Source: a virus. Taken from it: DNA of 64,000 nucleotides. Location: positions 1-64,000 of IMG/VR virus record IMGVR_UViG_3300042311_001406. One strand, written 5' to 3'. Positions 47,528 through 56,362 of the stretch are shown piece by piece. A model generated the notes under the pieces. That model had not been told where the DNA came from, ran no database searches, and was given only the letters and a program-made list of their open reading frames with translations. How positions within the stretch are numbered: the first letter of the stretch is position 1; each line of letters starts with the position of its first letter. A program made the position numbers and the translations under genes.

Positions 47528-48127
47528 ATGCCGATTCTCAAGATGAAACTGCTCGAAGCCGACAGCGCTCCCGAGCTGCAGACCAAGATCAACGCCCTCG
47601 TCGCTGCCGACTCCATCGTCAACGGCCTTCGTGGCATGGCGCTCTCGGCGTACCGCGCCGCCGACCTCGACACGCAGATGGTGGCCTGCTTGGCCTACGC
47701 GGGCACCGATCTTCCGGCTGGTGCCGGCAAGACCTCGAACGTGAAGGTCCTGTCCGTCGAAGGCAACACGTTGGCCAAAGCCCAGGCCGCCCTTGATCTG
47801 GCGCTCAGCGAAGTGCTGCAGGCCACCAACGCCACCGGCAACGCGAACACCAACCCCGGCGACATCAACGTCACCGGCAACATGTTCCTCGCTGGCGACG
47901 TCGGCCGCAAGATCCGCATCGGCGGCGCCTTGCGCACGATCACGGCCTTCACGAGCACGACCCGCGTCACCTACTCGGGTGCCGCCATCGCCGGTACCGG
48001 CCTGACCGTCGAGCTCCTGGGCGCCGAAGTCCTGCAGCCCGATGGCATCTGCGTCTCGGCATTCAAGGACCAGAACGGCGGCTCGCGCATCGCCCTGCTG
48101 GTGGCTGTCAGCGGCGAACAGCTCTGA
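47528..48127 (+). CDS. Hypothetical, probably abundant virion protein
   Basis: AGGAGG SD, strong codon bias, own terminator. Confidence 0.75.
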   Translation: MPILKMKLLEADSAPELQTKINALVAADSIVNGLRGMALSAYRAADLDTQMVACLAYAGTDLPAGAGKTSNVKVLSVEGNTLAKAQAALDLALSEVLQATNATGNANTNPGDINVTGNMFLAGDVGRKIRIGGALRTITAFTSTTRVTYSGAAIAGTGLTVELLGAEVLQPDGICVSAFKDQNGGSRIALLVAVSGEQL

Positions 48128-48159
48128 GCCCGGTGGCTCAACAGCGGTGAGCAGACAGT

Positions 48160-48197
48160 GGGTGACGGCGGCCAGCAATGGTCGCCGTCGCTCTTTT
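48160..48197 (+). terminator. Rho-independent terminator
   Basis: 15-bp stem (3 G-U), GCAA loop, TTTT. Confidence 0.75.
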
Positions 48198-48228
48198 GTG
48201 GGACAGGTGGCCGTGGTACGGTCGCGCC

Positions 48229-48561
48229 ATGTCGCTCATCCCGCCGCCGCTTCCGCGCCTCAGCAGCCTTCCCGAGGTGTCGCTTGTGACCTGGAACCCA
48301 GTGAGCAAGTGCATTCACCGAGCGAACAAACTCATCGAAGCGCAGGGCGTGCAGTTCGAGTGCCCGTGTGGCGAAGGCCACATGATCTGCATCTGGTTCC
48401 ACACGCCGCCAGTGCTCCCGCCTGCCAGCAGCGACTCGCCGCCGAACGAGAAGCGCTGGGAGCATGGCGGCACCAGCCTCGAAGACCTCAGCCTCTGGCC
48501 GTCTATCCTGCTGCCGTGCTGGCATGGCTTCATTGAAAACGGCGCCGTGAAGTCGGTCTGA
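48229..48561 (+). CDS. Small Cys/His protein, DUF6527-like
   Basis: FECPCGEGH...W...LSLWPSI..PCWHGFIENG; family assignment from memory. Confidence 0.55.
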   Translation: MSLIPPPLPRLSSLPEVSLVTWNPVSKCIHRANKLIEAQGVQFECPCGEGHMICIWFHTPPVLPPASSDSPPNEKRWEHGGTSLEDLSLWPSILLPCWHGFIENGAVKSV

Positions 48562-48593
48562 CCAACAACGATCTCGATCCGGAGCACACGCAC

Positions 48594-50300
48594 ATGCCAT
48601 TCCGATCAGAGCAGCAGCGTCGTCTCTTCTACGCCCTCCGACGGAAAGGCGAGATGAGCCAGCACACCATCGACAAGTGGAACGAAGAGACCAAGCAGAA
48701 GCAGGACGGGAAGCCGCTGCCACGCCGTGTGAAGCAGGCCGCCGCTGCGCTGGTTCCGCCTGAGGAAGTTCGAGCCGCCGCACGCCGCGGACTCGCTGCA
48801 CGCCGAGCGGCCCCGCAGAGTCAGCGTGGCGGCCTCACCGCCAGCCAGGCGAGTGCCCAGGGCATTGGCAGCGGTGTGGTGCGCGCACAGACCCTGGCCA
48901 GCGGCCGTGGCGTCAGCCCCGAAACCGTGAAGCGCATGCACTCGTTCTTCAGCCGCCACCGGAAGAACAAAGACACGCCACGTGGACGCATCGCCTGGGA
49001 CCTCTGGGGTGGCGACCCCGGCGCCCGCTGGGCCGCCAGCCAGGTCGCTGCCATGAAGTCCTCCACCACCACCTCCTCAGCCAAGAGCCACGCCATGAAG
49101 ACCACGAAGACTGCCGCCAGCATGGAGCAGACGTTGCAGGGCGCCATCAGTGGCGCGATCGGCGGCGCCCTGATTGGCAGCCGTCGCAGCTTGGACGACG
49201 CTGTTGTCCGCGGCATGGTGCAGGGCGCCGTGACCGGAGCACTGGCTGGCGGCGCTGCGGCACAAGCCACACGTGACCAGCGCGCCCACTTTGGTGCCGG
49301 TGTCGTCGGCGGCTACCTCGGCAGCCGGGGGCCGCGCGGCGAGAGCCGGCCGCAAGTGCACGTCCGCATGGACCGCCACAACACAGGAACACCGGAGAGC
49401 TTTGTGACCGAAAAGCACGCTGCAGCATCTGAGCTTCGTCGTCGCCACCACGTGAAGCTGGCCGACGCCATGGCACGTGCAGTTCAATCAGGTAAGCTTC
49501 GCTCATTGGCGAATGCGGCATCGTCGATCAACAACAAAAGTCCTCACCCTGTCCTGCGTGGTGGAACAGTTCTGAGCGGTCTTGAGGCAATGAAGTATTA
49601 CCCAAGAGGGTCCAATGCTTACAACGGACAAGATGTTCGCCTTATGCGGCTGGCGCTGAAGAAATCACGAGATGCAAAATCTGCCGCTTCTGCCGATCGT
49701 AGACAGTACCTCCGGGAGGCTCTTGAGCGAAATCTCCGGAAGAAAACAAATACCACCATCACGCATGGATCTGTGAAGCTCGCCGAGGGCAATTTTGGCC
49801 ATGGCGCCGAACTCGCGGGTCTGGCAATGCTGGCGGCCCCCAGCATTCAGCACTTCCGCAAGAAGCCCATGAGCGATCGCACCAGCCACAAGATCAACGC
49901 CGCAGGCCTGGCCGTGCTCGCCGCTCCGAGCCTGTTGGAGCTGGCGAAGCGCCACAAGAAGACGGCTGCCACCAAAGATGACGGCCAGACGCAGAAGCGC
50001 CTTGGCATCGGAGCAGCTCTTGCTGGCACTGGTTTGCAAATCGCGCATAATTACAAGCATCGAAACAACCGACACATGAATTACCTGAACCCAGTGAACC
50101 TTGCAGGGCATGTGATCCAAGCTGCCGGTTGGGCTGCTTACGCCAACGGAAAACAGAAATCACAAAAGAAGACCGCTGCCGAACGCCGAACCCCCGCCGA
50201 AGTCGAAGCGCGCCGCAAAGCTCGCATCGCACAGGCTCGCGCCAACACCAAGAAGCGCCCGTCATCGGATGATGATTGTGGCGACCATGAGTACCGATGA
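48594..50300 (+). CDS. Basic modular protein punctuated by K-x-A motifs (putative processed head cargo polyprotein)
   Basis: Unrelated modules separated by VKQA, TKTA, EKHA, VKLA, VKLA, KKTA, KKTA; includes TVKRMHSFFSRH...RIAWDLWGGD. Confidence 0.7.
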   Translation: MPFRSEQQRRLFYALRRKGEMSQHTIDKWNEETKQKQDGKPLPRRVKQAAAALVPPEEVRAAARRGLAARRAAPQSQRGGLTASQASAQGIGSGVVRAQTLASGRGVSPETVKRMHSFFSRHRKNKDTPRGRIAWDLWGGDPGARWAASQVAAMKSSTTTSSAKSHAMKTTKTAASMEQTLQGAISGAIGGALIGSRRSLDDAVVRGMVQGAVTGALAGGAAAQATRDQRAHFGAGVVGGYLGSRGPRGESRPQVHVRMDRHNTGTPESFVTEKHAAASELRRRHHVKLADAMARAVQSGKLRSLANAASSINNKSPHPVLRGGTVLSGLEAMKYYPRGSNAYNGQDVRLMRLALKKSRDAKSAASADRRQYLREALERNLRKKTNTTITHGSVKLAEGNFGHGAELAGLAMLAAPSIQHFRKKPMSDRTSHKINAAGLAVLAAPSLLELAKRHKKTAATKDDGQTQKRLGIGAALAGTGLQIAHNYKHRNNRHMNYLNPVNLAGHVIQAAGWAAYANGKQKSQKKTAAERRTPAEVEARRKARIAQARANTKKRPSSDDDCGDHEYR

Positions 50301-50518
50301 TCAACATGTTCAAGAAAGCCTGGTCGTGGATCGTCATCTTCTACCAGACCGCTGTCTTCCTTCGTGACCGCAACACGGAAGCTCGCCTGCGCTCTGCGCG
50401 TGAGCTCGACGACACCAACCCAGACCTGAAGACGAGGATCGACCATGAAGCCACAACCGAGCCTGGGGCGCATGCTGTTGGCGACGTCCGGCATGTTGGT
50501 CGAGAAGACAGCGTCTGA
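50297..50518 (+). CDS. Small hypothetical protein
   Basis: ATGA overlap with upstream stop; overlaps next ORF by 74 nt. Confidence 0.45.
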   Translation: MINMFKKAWSWIVIFYQTAVFLRDRNTEARLRSARELDDTNPDLKTRIDHEATTEPGAHAVGDVRHVGREDSV

Positions 50519-51461
50519 CGACGAGAGCTGCTGTCCAGAGTGCAAGCGAAGCATCGCCGTGGCCAAGCGGCGGGCTCGTGCGAAAGCTGCACATCGAGAT
50601 GCTCGACGCACCTGGACCAAGACCGCGGCGGCTGTGCAGGACTACGCGGCGAAGGCCACGGCCAGCGTTCAACGCCAGTTGACCGCGCGGTTCTCCAAGA
50701 TGAACCGGAACCCAGCCACTAGCCGACTGCCGGTGGCGCGGCCACCAGCCGTCGCTGCGCCCTCGCCCATGAACATGACGCGCAGCATGAGGCCAATGCG
50801 GCCGCCTCAGCCCGCTGCCATGTCGTCGATGGTGAAGCGTGCAGGTTCCATCCTGGCGCCATCTGTCGCTGGGCCACAGCCATGCATTGAAGGATGGGGA
50901 AGTGCAGCGAGTTCGGCGCTGCGAAAGCGCGTTGATGCGCTCAAGAAGAAACTGAAACCGGGAGACATCATCTCCACAGATCCGCGGCGTCCCGTTGGAG
51001 TGCATCGCGCTTTCAAAGCGTTGAGCTCGACGGTGCAAGGCACACGTTTTGGCCACTCGGCAATGTACGTTGGCAACGGCGCCATCGTTGAATCGCGAGA
51101 CACGGCCGTCATCAAGCGACCGCTGCTTGATCTTGCGCGCTGCAACGAATTCGTCGTGCATCGTGTTGAGAATGCTTCGCCGACGCAGCGTCAACGTGCC
51201 GCGGCATGGATGAAGAAGCAGGTCGGCAAAGAAGGCGTCCGCACGACCGTTGGACATCTTGCGTACCGAGGCGCAAGACCAACGGCGCTAGCCGGGAAAC
51301 ACGAAGGAAAAAGGCAGAAGCTTGACCGCATCATCTGCAGTTCGCTCATCGCCAACGCGTACTCGCGCGTGCCCTTCAATCCAGACCGCGCAATCCTCAA
51401 CCACAGACCGAATGACATCGCCAACAGCGAACATGTCACACCTGTGGCTCAGATGACTTGA
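50445..51461 (+). CDS. Permuted papain-like NlpC/P60 (YaeF/YiiX, C92) enzyme with K-x-A-containing N-terminal region
   Basis: LKPGDII, FGHSAMYVGNG..VE, ICSSLIANAY (His before Cys). Confidence 0.8.
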   Translation: MKPQPSLGRMLLATSGMLVEKTASDDESCCPECKRSIAVAKRRARAKAAHRDARRTWTKTAAAVQDYAAKATASVQRQLTARFSKMNRNPATSRLPVARPPAVAAPSPMNMTRSMRPMRPPQPAAMSSMVKRAGSILAPSVAGPQPCIEGWGSAASSALRKRVDALKKKLKPGDIISTDPRRPVGVHRAFKALSSTVQGTRFGHSAMYVGNGAIVESRDTAVIKRPLLDLARCNEFVVHRVENASPTQRQRAAAWMKKQVGKEGVRTTVGHLAYRGARPTALAGKHEGKRQKLDRIICSSLIANAYSRVPFNPDRAILNHRPNDIANSEHVTPVAQMT

Positions 51462-51540
51462 TCAGGTTGACTTCTAGTTGATCACGTGGCACAACCTCCG
51501 TCCCGTCGCTGCTCAGCGTCGACAGGGTGGAGGAAGATGC

Positions 51541-52251
51541 ATGCGGAACAAGTACAGGAAGGATGTCTTCGTCGTTGCCGTGGAAGGCATCATCGGAGCA
51601 GGAAAGACCACGCTCACCAAGCGCTTGCGCGATGAGCTTCATCTGCATGAAGTGCCGGAGCCGGTTGAAGACAACCCGTTCCTCGAAAACTTCTACAAGG
51701 ACCAAAAGAAGTGGGCCTTCCCCATGCAGATGTGGATGGTGCAGCGTCGAGCGGAGTCGATTGCTGACGCCGTCGAAAGTCACAAGAACATCATCACGGA
51801 CCGCAGCCTGGTGGGAGACATGGTCTTCGCCAAGATGCACAAAGACAACGGAAACATCGACGCCGAGATGTGGCCCGTCTACCGCGACACCTGGAGCATG
51901 ATGAACCGCTTGCTGGCACCCGTGCCAGACGTCATCGTCTTCCTGGATGTGAACCCCAGCACCGCGTTCAAACGCATGCACAACCGAGGGAGACAGTCCG
52001 AAGTCGACGGCGTCACACTGTCGTATCTTCAGGATCTCTGTGCCACATACCGCTCCACCATCGAGAAGTTGGGTAGCAACTTCAACGGGACGGAGTCATT
52101 CCGTCATACGCGCATCGAATGCCTCAAAGGAGACACTGATCACGCCGTGATCGTCGACATCGTCAAGCGACACATGGCCAACAAGACCGCCGCTTTCTCG
52201 AACGCCGCCGCCGCCAACGAGTACAACAACGACAACGAGGTCAAGCTGTGA
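51541..52251 (+). CDS. Deoxynucleoside kinase
   Basis: VEGIIGAGKTT P-loop, EPV...L..FY.D, DRS, PDVIVFLD, RGR..E. Confidence 0.9.
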   Translation: MRNKYRKDVFVVAVEGIIGAGKTTLTKRLRDELHLHEVPEPVEDNPFLENFYKDQKKWAFPMQMWMVQRRAESIADAVESHKNIITDRSLVGDMVFAKMHKDNGNIDAEMWPVYRDTWSMMNRLLAPVPDVIVFLDVNPSTAFKRMHNRGRQSEVDGVTLSYLQDLCATYRSTIEKLGSNFNGTESFRHTRIECLKGDTDHAVIVDIVKRHMANKTAAFSNAAAANEYNNDNEVKL

Positions 52252-55200
52252 AGAACACCGTCACGATTCCATCCGCCGACTCCATCGACTACACGCTGAG
52301 CATTGCCGGCGACAAGATCGAGTGCAGGGTCCATAGCATCGACATCGTCAACTTCAACAAGCGTGACGTCGCCATCGAAGGCAGCGGCTTCAAGCAGAAG
52401 GATGTCGAGGCTCCTGACTTCTGGAGCGACACGGCCGTCCGCATCGTCGCCAACAAGTATTTCCGCGGCCACGACAGCGATCGCGAGAACAGCGTCAAGC
52501 AGCTGGTTGCTCGTGTCGTCGGCTCAATCGTCGACTTCCTCGACAGCAAGGACCGTTTCGCCAGCGCCACCGACAAGCACAGCTTCAAAAGTGTCCTGAC
52601 CCATCTGCTCTACGTGCAAGCGTTCGCGTTCAACAGCCCGGTGTGGTTCAACCTCGGCACCGAAGTCAGCCCGCAGTGCAGCGCTTGCTTCATCCTCGGC
52701 GTCGACGACAACATCGAATCCATCCTCAAGTGGATCAACGACGAAAGCCTCGTCTTCCGTCGTGGCAGCGGTGCCGGCGTCAACATCTCCCGCATCCGCC
52801 ACAAGAACGCGCGTCTGCAGGGCGGCGGCCACGCCAGCGGCCCGCTGAGCTTCGCCAACGGCGCCAACTACATGGCCGGCGCCATCAAGAGCGGCGGCAA
52901 GACGCGTCGCGCGGCCAAGATGCTGGTCATGAACGACAACCACCCCGACGTCTTCGACTTCATCGACACGAAGTCGATTGCCGAGCGCGTCGCCAAGGCG
53001 CTGATCGCTGGTGGCTTCAGCTCGAAGTTCAATGCCGAAGGCGGCGCCTACGAGCTCGCCCCCTGGCAGAACGCCAACAACAGCGTGAGCCTGTACGACC
53101 GCTTCCTCAATGCCGTCTTGGTCGACGGAGACCATGACCTCGTTGACCACAAGGGCGCTGTGGTTCGCACCATCAAGGCTCGCGAGCTGTGGCGCAAGAT
53201 GGGTGAGGCAGCCTGGGAATCCGGTGACCCCGGCCTCCACTTCCGTGACACGATGAACCGCTTCAACACGGTCGCAGAAGATGGCGAGATTGAAGCCAGT
53301 AACCCGTGCTGCTTCACCGGCGAGACGCTCGTCGACACCAGCGAAGGAAAGATCCGCATCGACGAACTCGTCGCTCGAAGCCAGCGCGGTGAGGACCTGC
53401 CAATGGCATGGGCCTTTGACCTTGAATCGTCGCTGCCTGTCTTGCGCCGCATCGTCAAAGCCTGGAAGGCCGGCGACGCGACCAAGCTTGTCCGCGTCAC
53501 GACGGACCGCGGCATCAGTGTGTTGTGCACACCTGAGCACCGCTGGCTGAAGCGCAATGGCGCTTGGGTGGAGGCTCAGCATCTGAAAGCTGGGGACAGC
53601 CTGCGCAAAACGGCGCGCTGGGTGAACAAGGATCGCTCTGGTCGCCACTGCTTGAACATGCGTGGCACAGAGTCAGCGCCAAACGGAACCGTCTGGCAGA
53701 ACCGATACATGTGGGAGCAGGCCTATGGACCAATTCCTGACGGCATGGAAGTTCACCACAAAAACGGAGACCCGACTGACGACCGCCTCAGCAACTTTGA
53801 GCTGATCCCTGTCAGCGATCATCGCTCTGAACACTCGGCTGGCGACGAGAACCCACGTTTCATTGACGTGGAAGATCATGTGCTTGTGGAGGCGTGGGAT
53901 GCTGTCGCTGCCGGCAGAAAGCGTGGTTCCGGTGTGACGCCAACAACATGGAACGCACACATCAACAGCAATGGGCTCAAAGGACATCTGCCGTTGGCTG
54001 CATCACCAACGAACGGAGGGCGAATCCAAGGCATGCCTTGGGCGGAGTTCGAGAGCAAGATCAACGAGCTGCGTTCATCTGTGAACGATCGCGTCGTCAG
54101 CGTCGAGTTCATTGCCAACGACACGGCGACATCCGTCTTCGACATCGAAGTTGAAGGCGTGCACAACTTCTCGGTGACCAGCCCCGGCGCTGTTCATTCG
54201 GTCGTGGTGCACAACAGCGAGTACCTGTTCATCAACAACACCAGCTGCAACCTCGCGAGCTTCAACCTCGTGCGGTACATGATCCGTGACGGTCTCAAGC
54301 GCGTGTTCAACTGGCGCGCATTCCAGCGTGACGGCTTGGCGATGTACCTGTGTCTCGACGCCATCGTCGACATCAGCAGCTACCCGACGCCAGAGATCGA
54401 CGAGACGACCCGCAAGTACCGCACGCTTGGTGCCGGGTACGCCAACATTGGCGGCATGCTGATGCGTATGGGCATTCCGTACGACAGCGACGAAGGCCGT
54501 CACATGATCGCCGTCATCACCAGCGCGCTCCAGGGCACCATGGTCTGCAACAGCATGAAAGCTGCTGAGGCCTGGGGCACATTCGATCGCTACGAAGCGA
54601 ACCGTGATCACGTCGACAAGGTGATTCTGTCGCACTACAACGCACAGGTCGGGCTGACCTACAACAAAGACGACGTGGTGTGGAATCCGTGGCAGCACTA
54701 CGAGCAGACTGTCCTGCGAGACAACACGAAGATCGCGCGTGTGCGCAACGCGCAGTTCACGGTCGTGGCGCCCACTGGCACCATCGGCTTCATGATGGAC
54801 GTCGACACGACGGGCATCGAGCCAGACTTCAGCCTGGTGAAGTACAAGGAGATGGTTGGCGGCGGCTACATGACGCTGGTCAACACCGCGATGTCCGAAG
54901 GCCTCGAAGTGCTGGGCTACGATGAGGAGACGCGCAAAGCCATTGAGGCGCACGTCACAACCACTGGCGGTGTCGTCGAAGGCGCTCCCGGTCTGAAGCC
55001 AGAGCACTACGGCGTCTTCGACTGCGCGGTCGCAGCGTTCGGCGGCACACGCTTCATTCGCCCTGAGGCGCACATTGAGGCCATGGCCGAGGCGCAGCCG
55101 TTCCTCAGCGGCGCCATCAGCAAGACCGTCAACATGCCAGAGTCGTCGACGGTGGATGACATCCTCGACATCTACATGAAGTCGTGGAAGCTGGGTCTCA

Positions 55201-55949
55201 AAGCTGTTGCCGTCTACCGCGACAACTGCAAGCAGAGCCAGCCGCTCAGCACCTCGAAGACGACGGACAAGGGCAGCGCCACCGTCATCCTTGAGTCGGC
55301 TCCAGCGACGTCGATGTCTTACGACGACATGACGATCTGCAAGTTGGAAGCGCAGATCAAAGACCTGAAGTCGATCATTGGCAGCCTGCGACGTGGAGAG
55401 CGTGAGCGCCTGTCGACGTCGCACATGGGCCACATCCACAAATTCACCATTCAGGGGATGAGTGGCCACTTGACGGTCGGCTTCTACGACGATGGCCGCA
55501 TCGGCGAAGTCTTCGTCGAGATGAGCAAGGAAGGCAGCACCGTCGGTGGCTTCCTGGACGCCTGGAGCAAGGCATTCTCGCTCATGCTGCAGTACGGCGC
55601 TCCGCTGACTGAAGTCCTGCAGAAGTTCGAGGGCAGCCGCTTCGAGCCATCTGGCTTCACGCTCAACGAGAACATCCGCACCTGCACATCGGTGATCGAC
55701 TACGTCAGCCGCTACATGAAGATGCTGAGCTCAAGCGCACCGAAGGCGGCTCCGATGCTCGACAGTGCCCCTGGCGACCATCAGGTTGAGGAAGGTGAAG
55801 ACGTCGACGATTCGCACGTCCCGTCAAACACGCAGAAGTTCGTCGACACCAATGGTCGCATCTGTTCGTCATGCGGAAGCAGCAACCTGCGTCAAAGCGG
55901 CGCCTGCTTCGTTTGCAATGAGTGTGGCTCAAGCACGGGGTGTGGCTGA
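52248..55949 (+). CDS. nrdJ: Class II (B12-dependent) ribonucleotide reductase, intein-containing
   Basis: FNSPVWFN, QCSACFI, SGGKTRRAAKM, NPC|SE, CNLAS, APTGTI, SGAISKTVN, C-terminal Zn ribbon CxxCG...CxxC..CG. Confidence 0.95.
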   Translation: MKNTVTIPSADSIDYTLSIAGDKIECRVHSIDIVNFNKRDVAIEGSGFKQKDVEAPDFWSDTAVRIVANKYFRGHDSDRENSVKQLVARVVGSIVDFLDSKDRFASATDKHSFKSVLTHLLYVQAFAFNSPVWFNLGTEVSPQCSACFILGVDDNIESILKWINDESLVFRRGSGAGVNISRIRHKNARLQGGGHASGPLSFANGANYMAGAIKSGGKTRRAAKMLVMNDNHPDVFDFIDTKSIAERVAKALIAGGFSSKFNAEGGAYELAPWQNANNSVSLYDRFLNAVLVDGDHDLVDHKGAVVRTIKARELWRKMGEAAWESGDPGLHFRDTMNRFNTVAEDGEIEASNPCCFTGETLVDTSEGKIRIDELVARSQRGEDLPMAWAFDLESSLPVLRRIVKAWKAGDATKLVRVTTDRGISVLCTPEHRWLKRNGAWVEAQHLKAGDSLRKTARWVNKDRSGRHCLNMRGTESAPNGTVWQNRYMWEQAYGPIPDGMEVHHKNGDPTDDRLSNFELIPVSDHRSEHSAGDENPRFIDVEDHVLVEAWDAVAAGRKRGSGVTPTTWNAHINSNGLKGHLPLAASPTNGGRIQGMPWAEFESKINELRSSVNDRVVSVEFIANDTATSVFDIEVEGVHNFSVTSPGAVHSVVVHNSEYLFINNTSCNLASFNLVRYMIRDGLKRVFNWRAFQRDGLAMYLCLDAIVDISSYPTPEIDETTRKYRTLGAGYANIGGMLMRMGIPYDSDEGRHMIAVITSALQGTMVCNSMKAAEAWGTFDRYEANRDHVDKVILSHYNAQVGLTYNKDDVVWNPWQHYEQTVLRDNTKIARVRNAQFTVVAPTGTIGFMMDVDTTGIEPDFSLVKYKEMVGGGYMTLVNTAMSEGLEVLGYDEETRKAIEAHVTTTGGVVEGAPGLKPEHYGVFDCAVAAFGGTRFIRPEAHIEAMAEAQPFLSGAISKTVNMPESSTVDDILDIYMKSWKLGLKAVAVYRDNCKQSQPLSTSKTTDKGSATVILESAPATSMSYDDMTICKLEAQIKDLKSIIGSLRRGERERLSTSHMGHIHKFTIQGMSGHLTVGFYDDGRIGEVFVEMSKEGSTVGGFLDAWSKAFSLMLQYGAPLTEVLQKFEGSRFEPSGFTLNENIRTCTSVIDYVSRYMKMLSSSAPKAAPMLDSAPGDHQVEEGEDVDDSHVPSNTQKFVDTNGRICSSCGSSNLRQSGACFVCNECGSSTGCG
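53310..54215 (+). mobile_element. Intein (302 aa) with HNH homing endonuclease
   Basis: Starts CFTGET, block B CTPEHRW, ends VVVHN before S; internal GPIPDGMEVHHKNGDPTDDRLSNFEL. Confidence 0.92.
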
Positions 55950-56233
55950 TGGTCGCCAAGAAGAAGCAGAAAACTGTGAACATCGATCGCTTCTGCTGCG
56001 CTCGTGGCTGCAAGAAGGAGTTCACGTCGCCAGCGGGAACGTTCTTCTGTCCTCGGCATCAGGCCATTGCTCTTGAGCATCACCCTGATCTCGTCGAGTC
56101 GCTTCGAGCGGAAGCTGATGAAGTTGGCGTGCAGAACAAAGGACTGCACTTCAAGATCATCAAGCTGCAGACCATCATCGCGAACAACGACGAACACGTT
56201 CTCGATCAGATCGAGATGTTTGCCGACACGTAA
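55949..56233 (+). CDS. Small Zn-finger-like protein
   Basis: TGATG coupling; CCARGC...FFCPRH. Confidence 0.6.
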   Translation: MVAKKKQKTVNIDRFCCARGCKKEFTSPAGTFFCPRHQAIALEHHPDLVESLRAEADEVGVQNKGLHFKIIKLQTIIANNDEHVLDQIEMFADT

Positions 56234-56255
56234 AAAAAAGCAGACAGGGCCATTA

Positions 56256-56307
56256 GTGTGTCGCCGTCGAGACCACCACCATATGTGGCGTCTTGACGGC
56301 GACACAC
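56256..56307 (+). promoter_or_regulatory. Stable hairpin upstream of the primase gene
   Basis: 18-bp stem GTGTGTCGCCGTCGAGAC/GTCTTGACGGCGACACAC with one G-U. Confidence 0.55.
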
Positions 56308-56362
56308 GTCCCTGATCAACTGCGTTTCCTTCGACAAAGACACACCGGGGAGCAGCATCTCG

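Noticed and set aside
3778-48127. Extracellular contractile injection system or tailocin in a bacterial chromosome
   Set aside because: Contiguous with phage-type primase-helicase, NrdJ, dNK, Dcd and a divergent RNAP; no host housekeeping context
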